DNA of 64,000 bases from Dehalococcoidia bacterium (GTDB taxonomy: Bacteria; Chloroflexota; Dehalococcoidia; UBA2979), in assembly GCA_965220125.1 (NCBI GenBank), contig CBDCPB010000004.1, forward strand, positions 2,674,270-2,738,269. Reading direction: 5' to 3'. Shown here one piece after another: positions 25,919 through 35,748 of this stretch (position 1 is the first letter of the stretch; every line of letters starts with the position of its first letter). The notes under the pieces were generated by a model that had not been told where the DNA came from, did no database searches, and was given only the letters and a program-made list of their open reading frames with translations. A program made the translations under genes and the position numbers.

Positions 25919-25947
25919 GCCTCCCGGTGCGGCGAGGGGGTGACGCC

Positions 25948-28900
25948 GTGGCGCGTATACGCCGCGATCAGCAGCCCGGCTACATGGAGCGCTGGGACGA
26001 GTTCGAGGCCCGGCAGGCTCGGGCCGTGCCGGACACCCCGCGCTCGCGTGCGCCTCGCGATCCGGCCGCGCCCCTCGTCGGCGACGCGCTCGACGGCGTG
26101 CCCTACGTCGAACTGCACGCGCATAGCCACTACTCGTTGCTGGAGGGCGCATCGAGCCCCGGCGAGCTGGTGCGGACCGCCGTCGAGCAGGGTCACGCCG
26201 CGCTGGCGCTGACCGACCACGACGGCATGTTCGGGGCGATGGAGTTCGCGCGCGCCGCCCGCGAGGCGGGACTGCGGCCGATCAGCGGCCTCGAGCTCAC
26301 TGTCTCCGAACCGGCGGCGTCGGGCGACGACGACTGCGACGGCGGCGAGGTGCGCTCGCACCTCACGCTGCTGGCGGAGACGCGGCAGGGCTACGCCAAC
26401 CTCTGCCGGCTCTCCAGCTACGCCTTCGGGCTGCGCGAGAGCGATCGCCGTGCGCAGGAGGCGCGGCGGCTCGACCCCGTACTCCCGCTCGCCGATCTGG
26501 AGCGGCACGCGGACGGGCTGATCGTGCTCAGCGGCTGCCGCGAGGGCCGCATCCCCCGCCTCGTGCAGGCGGGACGCCGGGCCGAGGCGGCCGCGGCGCT
26601 CGAGCGCCTCGCCGGCTGGTTCGGGGCGGACCGGGTCTTCGTCGAGCTGCAGGACAACGACGTGCACGGCGACCGCCCGCGCAACGAGGCGCTGGTCGCG
26701 CTCGCGGAGCGGGCGGGCGTGGGCGTGGTCGGCACCGGCAACGTCCACTACCACGTGCGCGAGCGGCACCGGCTGCAGGACGTGCTGGTCGCGATCCGCC
26801 ATCGCGCGAGCCTCGACGAGTCCCACGCCGAGCGGCGGCCGAACGCCGAGTTCTGGCTGCGCAGCCCGCGGGAGCAGGCCGAGCGCTTCGCGCGCTACCA
26901 CCCGCAAGCGGCGGCGAACACGCTGCGGATCGCGCGCCGTTGCCGCTTCGACCTGACAGCCGACCTCGGCTACCGGCTGCCCTCGCCGCCCCTGCCCGGA
27001 GGCGTCACGCCGCTCGAGGAGCTGGAGCGGCTCTGCCGCGAGCGTCTGGGGGAGCGCTACCGCTCGCCGGCCGAGCGCGGCAAGGCCGAGGCGCAACTGG
27101 TCGAGGAGCTGCGGCTGATCGGACTGCACGACCTGGCCGGGTTCTTTCTCATCTACCACGAGATCTTCAAGCTGGCGCAGGAGGTGGCCCGCGAGGTGCG
27201 CGGGCCCGGCGCCGCCCGCAGCGTCACCAACCTGCCGCCCGGGCGCGGCCGCGGCTCCTCGGTCTCCTCGCTGGTCTGCTACCTGATCGGGCTCTCGCAC
27301 ATCGACCCGATTCGCCATCGCCTCTTCGTCGGGCGCTTCCTCAACGAGGAGATGGAGTCGCTGCCCGACATCGACCTCGACTTCCCGCGCGACATCCGGG
27401 CGGAGCTGATCGAGCGCGTCCACGAGCGCTGGGGCCGCGAGCGCAGCGCGCTCGTCGCCGCCTTCGCCACCTACCGGCTGCGCAGCGCGGTGCGCGACGT
27501 CGGCAAGGCGCTGGGGCTGCCCTCGGCGGAGCTGGACCGCCTCGCCGGGCTGGCCGGCCCCTACGACGGGCCCGGCCAGCTGCCCGAGGAACTCGCGCGC
27601 TCGCCGCAGTTCCGGGACCGCGCGGAGGCGCGAGGCTGGCGGGAGCTGGCCGCGCTCGTGCCGCAGCTCGCGGGCGTGCCGCGCCACCTCTCGCAGCACC
27701 CCGGGGGCATGGTGATCTCCTCGGGGCCGCTGATCGACTGCGTACCCTGCCAGCCGGCGGCGATGGCGGGCCGCTACCTCTGCCACTGGGACAAGGACTC
27801 CGTCGACGACGCGCGGATGGTGAAGATCGACTTCCTCGCGCTCGGCATGCTCTCGGTCGTCGAGGAGACGATCGACCTGATCGCCGACGGGCGCGGGCGC
27901 ATCGTCGACCTCTCGCGTATCGACTTCGAGGACGAGGCGGTCTACGACGCGATCTGCCGCGGCGACACGGTCGGCGTCTTCCAGATCGAATCGCGCGCGC
28001 AGATCGCGATGCTGCCGCGGACGCAGCCGCGCAACCTCGAGGATCTCACCGTGCAGGTCTCGATCGTGCGGCCGGGGCCGATCGTCGGCGGCGCGGTGAA
28101 CCCCTACGTGCGGCGTCGCGAGCAGCAGCGCCGCAACCCCGGCTACCGCCCCGCCCCGCCGCACGAGTGCGTGCGCGAGGTGCTGGAGGAGACGCTGGGG
28201 GTGGTGATCTTCCAGGAGCAGGTGCTGCAGGTCGCCCGCCACATGGGCGGCTTCACGCCCGGCGAGGCCGATCGCTTCCGCCGCTCGCTGGGCCGCAGGC
28301 GCGCGCACGAGGAACTCGATGCCTGGCGCGCGCGCTTCATGGCGGGCGCGGCGGAGCGCGGGGTGCCGCTCACGGTAGCGGAGCAGGTCTTCGGCAACCT
28401 CGCGGGGTTCGCGGAGTTCGGCTTCCCGAAGAGCCACGGCGCGGCCTTCGCGCTGCTCGCCTACCAGTCGAGCTGGCTCAAGCAGCGCTACGGCCCCGAG
28501 TTCCTGTGCGCGCTCTTCAACCAGCAGCCGATGGGCTTCTACCCGCCGCACGTGCTGACCAACGACGCCAAGCGCCACGGCGTCGCCGTCGAGCGGCCCG
28601 ACATCAACGTCAGCGCCGCCCGCTGCACGGTCGAGCTGCCCGAGGGCGCGATCCGCGTCGGCCTTGGCTACGTGCGGGGCCTCGGCGCCGCCTGGGCCGA
28701 GCGCATCGAGGAGGAGCGCGAACGCGCGGGCGAGTACCGCTCGCTGTTCGGCTTCGTGCAGCGCACGGGGCTGGGCCGGCAGGCGACGGCGCGCCTCATC
28801 CAGGTCGGCGCCTTCGACGGCTTCGGGCTGCAGCGCCGCGAGCTGCTCTGGCAGCTCGGGCTGTTCACGGGCGGGGCCGTCGCCGGGACGGCGGGCGCAC

Positions 28901-29397
28901 CCGCGGCGGAGGTGGCCGGGCGTCAGTTACGCCTCGATCTGCCGACGGCGCAAGACATGGTGACGCTGCCGGACTTCGGCCCCTACCAGCGGATGGCCGC
29001 CGACTACGCGCTGCTGGGCCTCTCGCCGGACCGCCACCCGATGCGCTTCCTGCGCCGCGCGCTCGGCGAGGGCGTCGCCTCCAGCCGCCACCTGCAGGCG
29101 CTGCCGGCCGGGCGCACGGTGGAGGTCGCGGGGCTGGTGGTCTGCCGCCAGCGCCCGCTCACCGCGCGTGGCATCGTCTTCCTGCTGCTCGAGGACGAGT
29201 ACGGCCTGATGAACATCCTCGTGCGGCGCGAGCTGGCCGAGGAGCGGCGCGACGTCGTGCGCACGGCGGCCTTCGTGCGCGCGCGCGGCGTGCTCGACGA
29301 GCGCGCCGGCGAGCAGCGCACGCTCATCGCCGGCGCCCTCGACGAGATCACGCCGGCGGGCGCGCTGCCGATGCCGTCCGGCAAGTCCTGGGCCTGA
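25948..29397 (+). CDS. dnaE2: error-prone DNA polymerase III alpha subunit DnaE2
   Basis: ORF 25819..29397. Proposed start is GTG 25948 (GAGGGGG 7 nt upstream); ATG 25984 is an alternative. PHP domain YVELHAHSHYSLLEGAS. Pol III alpha core (GRGSSVSSLVCYLIGLSHIDP, PDIDLDF, HPGGMVI). Context with imuB and the LexA box. Confidence 0.9.
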   Translation: MARIRRDQQPGYMERWDEFEARQARAVPDTPRSRAPRDPAAPLVGDALDGVPYVELHAHSHYSLLEGASSPGELVRTAVEQGHAALALTDHDGMFGAMEFARAAREAGLRPISGLELTVSEPAASGDDDCDGGEVRSHLTLLAETRQGYANLCRLSSYAFGLRESDRRAQEARRLDPVLPLADLERHADGLIVLSGCREGRIPRLVQAGRRAEAAAALERLAGWFGADRVFVELQDNDVHGDRPRNEALVALAERAGVGVVGTGNVHYHVRERHRLQDVLVAIRHRASLDESHAERRPNAEFWLRSPREQAERFARYHPQAAANTLRIARRCRFDLTADLGYRLPSPPLPGGVTPLEELERLCRERLGERYRSPAERGKAEAQLVEELRLIGLHDLAGFFLIYHEIFKLAQEVAREVRGPGAARSVTNLPPGRGRGSSVSSLVCYLIGLSHIDPIRHRLFVGRFLNEEMESLPDIDLDFPRDIRAELIERVHERWGRERSALVAAFATYRLRSAVRDVGKALGLPSAELDRLAGLAGPYDGPGQLPEELARSPQFRDRAEARGWRELAALVPQLAGVPRHLSQHPGGMVISSGPLIDCVPCQPAAMAGRYLCHWDKDSVDDARMVKIDFLALGMLSVVEETIDLIADGRGRIVDLSRIDFEDEAVYDAICRGDTVGVFQIESRAQIAMLPRTQPRNLEDLTVQVSIVRPGPIVGGAVNPYVRRREQQRRNPGYRPAPPHECVREVLEETLGVVIFQEQVLQVARHMGGFTPGEADRFRRSLGRRRAHEELDAWRARFMAGAAERGVPLTVAEQVFGNLAGFAEFGFPKSHGAAFALLAYQSSWLKQRYGPEFLCALFNQQPMGFYPPHVLTNDAKRHGVAVERPDINVSAARCTVELPEGAIRVGLGYVRGLGAAWAERIEEERERAGEYRSLFGFVQRTGLGRQATARLIQVGAFDGFGLQRRELLWQLGLFTGGAVAGTAGAPAAEVAGRQLRLDLPTAQDMVTLPDFGPYQRMAADYALLGLSPDRHPMRFLRRALGEGVASSRHLQALPAGRTVEVAGLVVCRQRPLTARGIVFLLLEDEYGLMNILVRRELAEERRDVVRTAAFVRARGVLDERAGEQRTLIAGALDEITPAGALPMPSGKSWA

Positions 29398-29412
29398 CGG
29401 CGGGACGGCCTC

Positions 29413-30174
29413 TCAGGCGGTGAGGTGGCGTGCGAGGAAGGCGATCGAGCCTTCGAGCGCCTCGGGCGTGGTCACGGCGTGCTCGCCGGGGAAGGCGTGC
29501 AGCTCCTTCTCGGCGGCGCCGATCATGTCGAAGAGGAAGAGCGAGCTGTAGCGGTCGAATCGCTCGTCGTCCCACTGCACATGGAAATACGTGGGGCAGG
29601 CGACCTTTGGCGCCGCCGCTCGCAGGTGCGGCGCGATCTTGCTGCGGTCGACGCTGCTGCCGGTGAGCCCCACCTTGCCCAGGACGGCGGCCCGGATCCG
29701 CGGTTCGGCGGCGACGAACGGCAGCCCGAACATCGTGCCCATCGACATGCCCCAGTAGCCGACGCGGGCCTGGTCGATCGCGTCCAGTTCGCTCAGCGCG
29801 TCGAGCGTCGCCTGCCAGTCGGCGACCATGCTCGGGACGTTGTTGGGTCGCTGCCAGATCGCGCGGTAGGCGGGGTCGGTGGTCGCGGTCAGGCCGCCGC
29901 GGTCGCCGTGGCCGGGGCCGTCGATCGCCGCCGCGGCAAAACCGCGATCGCGTGCGAAGCGCACGCCGAGCGCCAGCATCCGGTCGTTGCGCTTGTGCCC
30001 GCTGCCACCGTGGCCGAGCAGCACCAGCGGCGCCGCCCCAACACGCGCGGCCGGCGTCCAGAGGATGCCGGGAATCGCCTCGCCGCCGCGCGTCACCTCG
30101 AAGCGGCGCTCGCAGACGCGGTCCTCGATCACGGGCTCGCCGGGGAACTCGAGGGCGCTGGCGGTGGTGGTCAT
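29413..30174 (-). CDS. alpha/beta hydrolase (dienelactone-hydrolase-like)
   Basis: LVLLGHGGSGHK and the nucleophile elbow GMSMG. 253 aa. Confidence 0.8.
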   Translation of the reverse strand: MTTTASALEFPGEPVIEDRVCERRFEVTRGGEAIPGILWTPAARVGAAPLVLLGHGGSGHKRNDRMLALGVRFARDRGFAAAAIDGPGHGDRGGLTATTDPAYRAIWQRPNNVPSMVADWQATLDALSELDAIDQARVGYWGMSMGTMFGLPFVAAEPRIRAAVLGKVGLTGSSVDRSKIAPHLRAAAPKVACPTYFHVQWDDERFDRYSSLFLFDMIGAAEKELHAFPGEHAVTTPEALEGSIAFLARHLTA

Positions 30175-30193
30175 CGAAGACTCCCTGTCGCCG

Positions 30194-31072
30194 CTACTCG
30201 TCGAGCTTGAAGACGCGCACCGCGTTCTCGCGCAGGAACTTCGGCCAGACGCGGTCGCGGAACGGGACCTCCGCCAGCTCGGCGAAGATCCGCTCCAGCG
30301 AGAGGCCCGTCGGGAAGTAGCCGGCGTAGATCACCTTGTCCGCGCCTCGGGTGTTCGCGAAGTCGATGATGTCCTGGGGGTAGTGGCGGGGCGCGAAGGC
30401 GCTGGTCGAGTAGTAGAGGTTCGGCCACTTGAGCAGCAGCTTCACGGCCAGCGCCGTCCACGGCTCACCGCCGTGGCGCATCACGAAGCGCAGCTCCGGG
30501 AAGAACCAGCAGACCTCGTCGATCAGCGCCACGTCCTGCGCCTGCATCGGCACGCGCGGGCCGGGCACGCCCGTGGTGACCGTGACCGCGATGTCCAGCT
30601 CGACGCACTTGGCGTAGACCGGGTAGACCCGCTTGTCGTTGATCGGCGCCTGCGGGTGGACGAAGGCCGGCGTCACGCTCGCCGCCTTCACGCCCAGCTC
30701 CCGGACGGCGTGCTCCAGCTTGCGCAGGGCCGGGACGCCCTCGTTGGGGTCGACGGTGTACGCGCCGGCGAAGCGGTCCGGGTGCAGCTCGAGGGCGCGC
30801 CGGCCGGCGCTCTCCTCGCCGGTCACGTCGACGAGCGCACGCCAGATCCCGTGCGTGTCCATCTCCGTGAGCGTGAAGTCGACCATCTCCTCCAGGCTCC
30901 CGGCCTGCGGGAGGTCCGGGCGGTTGCGGTACTGGTACTCCACCGGGTGCTCGAAGACCTCGAGCGACTCGTAGTCGCGCAGCATCGGCCGGAACGAGGT
31001 GTACGCCTTGTGGCCGGGCGTGGGGATGCCGAGCAGCGTGTCGACGACGCCGATGTCGCTGGGCATGGGCAT
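30194..31072 (-). CDS. amidohydrolase_2 family protein
   Basis: ORF 30194..31117 trimmed to ATG 31072 (GGGAG upstream). Contains DIGVVDTLLGIP, VMRHGGEPW and FLRENAVRVFKL. Confidence 0.82.
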   Translation of the reverse strand: MPMPSDIGVVDTLLGIPTPGHKAYTSFRPMLRDYESLEVFEHPVEYQYRNRPDLPQAGSLEEMVDFTLTEMDTHGIWRALVDVTGEESAGRRALELHPDRFAGAYTVDPNEGVPALRKLEHAVRELGVKAASVTPAFVHPQAPINDKRVYPVYAKCVELDIAVTVTTGVPGPRVPMQAQDVALIDEVCWFFPELRFVMRHGGEPWTALAVKLLLKWPNLYYSTSAFAPRHYPQDIIDFANTRGADKVIYAGYFPTGLSLERIFAELAEVPFRDRVWPKFLRENAVRVFKLDE

Positions 31073-31242
31073 CGCGCTACTCCCGCATCTCGCCGGCGTT
31101 GCTGGTAGTGCATTCATAGCAGAGACGGCGGCGAGCGCGTCGGCCTCGCGGGCCGGATGGCGGATCGCGAGGCCCTCGTGGCGCGGGGAGGCCGGTGCTG
31201 CGCGTGTATAGTCGGGCGGCGTACGCGACCGGGGTGTGACCG

Positions 31243-32190
31243 ATGCAGGAGTACGTGATGCGGCGGGTCCTGCTGGTCCCGCCCACGGTGTTCATCATCT
31301 CCCTGATCGTCTTCGGCTCGATCCGGCTGCTGCCGGGTGACGCCCTTGACGACCGGCTGGCCGAGGCCGGTGTGCCGAAGGACGATCGCACAAAGATCCG
31401 CGCCGATCTCGGGCTCGACCGGCCCCTGCTGCAGCAATACTTCGAGTGGATGGGCGGGCTGGTACAGGGCGACCTCGGCGACTCCATATTCAGTAAGGAG
31501 AGCGTGCGAGCGCGCGTCTGGCGGGCGCTGCCGATCACGGTCGAACTCGACGTGCTCTCGATCCTCTTCGCGGTCATCCTCGGCATCCCCACGGGCCTGA
31601 TCTCGGCGCTCAAGCCGGGCTCGTTCATCGATCTGACCGTCCGCTCGCTCGCGATCGGCGGGCTGTCGATCCCTAACTTCTGGCTGGCGACGCTGCTGAT
31701 CGTGCTGCCGGCGATCTGGTGGGGGTGGACACCGTTGCGCCAGTACGTCTCGTTCGCCGAGGATCCCACCGAGAACATCAAGCTCCTTCTGCTGCCCGCG
31801 CTGGTGCTCTCGCTACGGCTCGGCGCCACAGTGATGCGCATGGTCCGTTCGGAGATGCTGGAGGTGATCCGCGCGGACTACGTGCGGACGGCCCGCGCGA
31901 AAGGCCTGACGGAGTACCGCGTGGTCACGAGGCACGCCTTCAGGAACGCGGCGATCCCCGTGGTCACGGTGATCGGGCTATCGGTCGCCACCCTGCTCGG
32001 CGGCAGCGTGATCATCGAGTCGATCTTCGGCCTGCCGGGACTGGGGCGCCTGATGCTGGAGGCGATTCGTGAGCGGGAGTTCGAGATGATCCAGAGCGTG
32101 GTGCTCCTCTTTGGCGTGTTCGTGATGCTCGTCAACCTGGGAGTCGACCTCCTGTACGGGTTCCTCAACCCGCAGATCCGTTACGGATGA
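31243..32190 (+). CDS. ABC transporter permease (DppB/OppB-like)
   Basis: MQEYVMRRVLLVPPTVFIISLIVFGSIRLLPGD and ADYVRTARAKGL. Confidence 0.9.
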   Translation: MQEYVMRRVLLVPPTVFIISLIVFGSIRLLPGDALDDRLAEAGVPKDDRTKIRADLGLDRPLLQQYFEWMGGLVQGDLGDSIFSKESVRARVWRALPITVELDVLSILFAVILGIPTGLISALKPGSFIDLTVRSLAIGGLSIPNFWLATLLIVLPAIWWGWTPLRQYVSFAEDPTENIKLLLLPALVLSLRLGATVMRMVRSEMLEVIRADYVRTARAKGLTEYRVVTRHAFRNAAIPVVTVIGLSVATLLGGSVIIESIFGLPGLGRLMLEAIREREFEMIQSVVLLFGVFVMLVNLGVDLLYGFLNPQIRYG

Positions 32191-32242
32191 GCGGCGCACG
32201 AGGCGGGAGACGGGGAGCGGTGAGTGCGATGGGCGACTGGCG

Positions 32243-33133
32243 ATGACGGCTGCGGAGAGCCTCTCCCGTCCGCGCGGCCGCGTGCTCTCGCTGCGACGAA
32301 ATCTGTGGCGCTTCCCGCGCAAGCAGCCGCTGGGTACCTTTGGCGCCGTGGTCGTGGTCATCTTCATCGTGCTCGGCGCCATCGGTCCCTACATCGTGCC
32401 GTTCGATCCGTCGGCGATCGCCATCGGGCCCCGCCTCTCCGGCCCCACGCTGGACCACCCCTTCGGGACGGACGCGTTCGCACGCGATCAGTTCAGCCGC
32501 ATCATCGTCGGCGCGCGACTCTCCGTGTTCATCGGCTTCGGGGCAGTCGCGATCGGAACGGGTGCGGCCACTGTCCTCGGGCTCTGGGTAGGGTACGTCG
32601 GCGGAAAGGTCGACATGGTGATCCAGCGCGTGGTGGACGGCGTGATGGCTTACCCGCCGCTTGTGCTTGCGCTGGTGGCGGTCGCCGTGCTGGGGCCGAG
32701 CGCCCTGAACGTCATGCTCGTACTCGGCGTGCTGATGATCGCGAGCAACTCCCGCGTGGTCCGCGGCTCCACCCTCGCGATCAAGGAGTCGACCTACGTC
32801 GAGGCGGCGAGGGTGGTGGGCGCCAGCACGCCGCGCGTGATCATCCGGCACGTCCTGCCGAACGTGGTCTCGCCGCTGATCGTGATCGCGACGGTCAGCC
32901 TCGGCAGCGTCATCCTGGCGGAGGGCGCGCTCAGCTTCCTCGGCCTGGGCGTCCCGCCGCCCACACCCTCGTGGGGGCGGATGATCGGCGGCGAGGAGTC
33001 GCGGTTCTACTTCGCGTCGAACCCCTCGCTCGTGCTGTTCCCGGGAATGGCTCTCACGCTGGTGGTGTTCGCCTTCAACATGTTCGGCGACGCGCTGCGC
33101 GACGTCCTCGATCCGCGGCTCCGTGGCGAGTGA
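32243..33133 (+). CDS. ABC transporter permease (DppC/OppC-like)
   Basis: HPFGTDAFARDQFSRI, YVEAARVVGAS and FNMFGDALRDVLDPRL. Confidence 0.9.
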   Translation: MTAAESLSRPRGRVLSLRRNLWRFPRKQPLGTFGAVVVVIFIVLGAIGPYIVPFDPSAIAIGPRLSGPTLDHPFGTDAFARDQFSRIIVGARLSVFIGFGAVAIGTGAATVLGLWVGYVGGKVDMVIQRVVDGVMAYPPLVLALVAVAVLGPSALNVMLVLGVLMIASNSRVVRGSTLAIKESTYVEAARVVGASTPRVIIRHVLPNVVSPLIVIATVSLGSVILAEGALSFLGLGVPPPTPSWGRMIGGEESRFYFASNPSLVLFPGMALTLVVFAFNMFGDALRDVLDPRLRGE

Positions 33134-33312
33134 TCGCGAACGCGCGGGGTTGTCTCCGCTCGACCTTGTGGGATAACGTCCAGCGTTGCGAGGCTGTGGA
33201 CACTGCCTCCGTGTTGTTGTCGGCCCCCGGGGTTCGGCCAGAGGGGATCTGGCTGCGGCGCGCATCGCTATGATAGTGACGACGACGGCGCGAGAGATGC
33301 CCGGGCATATGG

Positions 33313-35574
33313 ATGCCCGAGCATACAGGGAGGACGAGCTACGGCATGCCGGAAGCGGGATCTGACGCTGCGTTCGAGGGCGTCATCGGTCGATACATGC
33401 ACGAGTCAATACCGTGGTGGCCGCGCCCGGTAGAGGCCAAGGCGGGCAGTCCGAACTTCCTGATCATCGTGCTGGACGACGTCGGCTTCGCTCACCTGGG
33501 CTGCTACGGGTCGCCGATCGAGACCCCGAACATGGACCGGCTCGCCGAGGCGGGCGTGCGCTACACGAACTTCCACGTGCCGCCGGTCTGCGCCGCTTCC
33601 CGGGCGAGCCTGCTGACCGGGCGGAACCACCACTCGGTCGGGATGGGCAACAATCCGAACTGGAACTCGGGCTTCCCCCGCGGCCGAGGCGCGATCTCGC
33701 CCGCGGCGGCGACCCTGGCGCAGATGCTGCAGTCCAACGGGTACAGCACCTTTGCGGTCGGCAAGTGGCACCAGGCCCCGATCGCTGAGACGTCCGCGGT
33801 CGGGCCCTTCCACAACTGGCCGCTGCAGAAGGGCTTCGAGCGCTACTACGGGTTCCTCGATTCCCTCACCGACCACTTTGAGCCCGTGCTGACGGAGGAC
33901 AACCACCCCAGGCCACGCCCGGAGGGCGAGGGCTACCACCTGAGCGAGGATCTGGTGGACCAGGGCATCTCCATGGTCCGCAACCAGCGCTCGCTCATGC
34001 CCAACAAGCCGTTCTTCCTCTACCTGGCGTTCGGCGCCTGCCACGCCCCGCTGCAGGCGCCTCCGGAGTGGCTGGCGAAGTACCGCGGGCGGTTCGACCG
34101 GGGGTGGGATGTAGAACGGCAGGAGGTCTACGAGCGACAGCTGGAGATGGGGATCATCCCGCCCGGCACCGAGCTCGCCCCCAGAAACGACGACGTGCTC
34201 CCCTGGGACGAGCTTTCAGCCGGCGACCAGCGTGTCTCCGCCCGCTTCCAGGAAGCTTTCGCCGCGATGCTCGACCACACCGATGCGCAAATCGGACGAC
34301 TGCTCGACTACCTCGAATCGATCGGCGATCTCGAGAACACGCTCACGATCCTTGTTTCCGACAATGGGGCCAAGGCAGGCTCGCCGACCGGAACATTCAT
34401 CGTGAACTACAATCAGATCCCGGTCGATCATTCGGTGAACCTGCCCAACATCGACAAGATCGGCGGGCCGGATTCCCACTCCTTCTCGGCGTACGGCTGG
34501 TCTCAGGTCGGGAACACGCCGCTCAAGCGCTACAAGATCAACACGCACGGAGGCGGCGTCCGCGTTCCGATGATCGTCAGTTGGCCCGCGCGGATCGAGG
34601 ACGCCGGAGCGACACGCAGCCAATTCCACCACATGACGGATGTCACGCCGACGATCATCGAGCTCCTCGATCTGGAGGCGCCGACCACGTATCAGGGCGC
34701 CCGCCAGATGCCGATCCACGGCACCAGCATGGCGTACACGTTCGATCAGCCGCGCGCACCCACCAGGAAGCGCACGCAGTACTTCGAGACGGCGGGTCAC
34801 CGCGCCATCTGGCACGAGGGCTGGAAGGCCGTCGCCTACCATGACCCCGCCACCGAGTTCGAGGCGGACCAGTGGGAACTTTATCACCTGGACGAGGACT
34901 TCTCGGAGTGTCAGGACCTCGCGGTTGAGCACCCGCCGAAGCTGCGGGAGTTGATGGAGCGATGGTGGGTAGCTGCGGGCCTCTACGACATCCTGCCGCT
35001 GGACACCCGCCTCGACGGCACGCTGTCGCTCCCCCCGCCCCCGGGCACTCCGGCTGAACAGCGCCGCTTCCGTTGCTACGCTGACATCGCTCACATCCCG
35101 GCGAACGCGGCTCCGGATACTCGCAACCGCTCATACACGATCACGGCGGCGATCGAGCGACAGACCGCGGACGACGATGGCGTGATCGTTGCGCGCGGCG
35201 GCATCACGGGGGGATACAGCTTCTTCATCCAGGGTGGTCGCCTGATCTTCGAGTACAATCACCAACCCGGACGTACCCGGATCGTCTCCGAAGCGGACGT
35301 GCCCCCCGGCCGCGCCAGCGTGAGCATTCGTTTCGAGAAGACCGGAGACCTGACCGGCGAAGCGAGCCTCCACATCGGCGGCGCCCTCGTCGGCGGCGGT
35401 CCCATCGCCGGGACGTTTGCCGGCTTGTTTGCGATCGAGGGTTTGGACATCGGCCAGGACTCGAAGACCGCCGTGAGCGATCTCTACCGCGCGCCATTCC
35501 CGTTCGGCGGAACCATCCACCATGTGGACTTCGAGCTTGGGGATGACCAGAGCGATCCGGACCAGGCGCGGTGA
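33313..35574 (+). CDS. arylsulfatase (type I sulfatase with a long C-terminal extension)
   Basis: FLIIVLDDVGFAHLGCYGS, the formylglycine motif region PPVCAASRASLLTGRNHH, and GKWH. The start is uncertain: ATG 33313, or ATG 33346 with GGGAGGA upstream. Confidence 0.88.
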   Translation: MPEHTGRTSYGMPEAGSDAAFEGVIGRYMHESIPWWPRPVEAKAGSPNFLIIVLDDVGFAHLGCYGSPIETPNMDRLAEAGVRYTNFHVPPVCAASRASLLTGRNHHSVGMGNNPNWNSGFPRGRGAISPAAATLAQMLQSNGYSTFAVGKWHQAPIAETSAVGPFHNWPLQKGFERYYGFLDSLTDHFEPVLTEDNHPRPRPEGEGYHLSEDLVDQGISMVRNQRSLMPNKPFFLYLAFGACHAPLQAPPEWLAKYRGRFDRGWDVERQEVYERQLEMGIIPPGTELAPRNDDVLPWDELSAGDQRVSARFQEAFAAMLDHTDAQIGRLLDYLESIGDLENTLTILVSDNGAKAGSPTGTFIVNYNQIPVDHSVNLPNIDKIGGPDSHSFSAYGWSQVGNTPLKRYKINTHGGGVRVPMIVSWPARIEDAGATRSQFHHMTDVTPTIIELLDLEAPTTYQGARQMPIHGTSMAYTFDQPRAPTRKRTQYFETAGHRAIWHEGWKAVAYHDPATEFEADQWELYHLDEDFSECQDLAVEHPPKLRELMERWWVAAGLYDILPLDTRLDGTLSLPPPPGTPAEQRRFRCYADIAHIPANAAPDTRNRSYTITAAIERQTADDDGVIVARGGITGGYSFFIQGGRLIFEYNHQPGRTRIVSEADVPPGRASVSIRFEKTGDLTGEASLHIGGALVGGGPIAGTFAGLFAIEGLDIGQDSKTAVSDLYRAPFPFGGTIHHVDFELGDDQSDPDQAR

Positions 35575-35592
35575 GCGGAGCGCGTTGCTCGC

Positions 35593-35748
35593 CGGATGAT
35601 CGGCGGCGAGGAGTCGCGCTGCTACTTCGCGACGAACCTGTCGCTCGTGCTGTTCTCAGGGATCGCGCTCGCGCTGGTGGTGTCCGCCTTCAACGTGTTC
35701 GGCGACCCGGTCCGCGACGTCCTCGATCCGCGGCTGAGCGGTGAGTGA
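35593..35748 (+). pseudogene. orphan 3'-terminal fragment of a DppC-like permease gene (diverged copy of 32978..33133)
   Basis: Encodes RMIGGEESRCYFATNLSLVLFSGIALALVVSAFNVFGDPVRDVLDPRLSGE plus stop. It is collinear with the last 51 codons of the permease at 32243..33133. About 20 mismatches in 156 nt and no indels, by hand alignment. Similarity stops abruptly at 35593. Confidence 0.8.

Noticed and set aside
25912-28578. 888-aa minus-strand ORF
   Set aside because: It is antisense to dnaE2, with shadow-frame composition. dnaE2 is unambiguous.
33589-33603. Interpreting C-A-A-S-R as an inactivated sulfatase motif
   Set aside because: The accepted consensus tolerates Ala at this position, (C/S)-x-(P/A)-x-R. 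The downstream LTGR and the metal-binding residues look intact.
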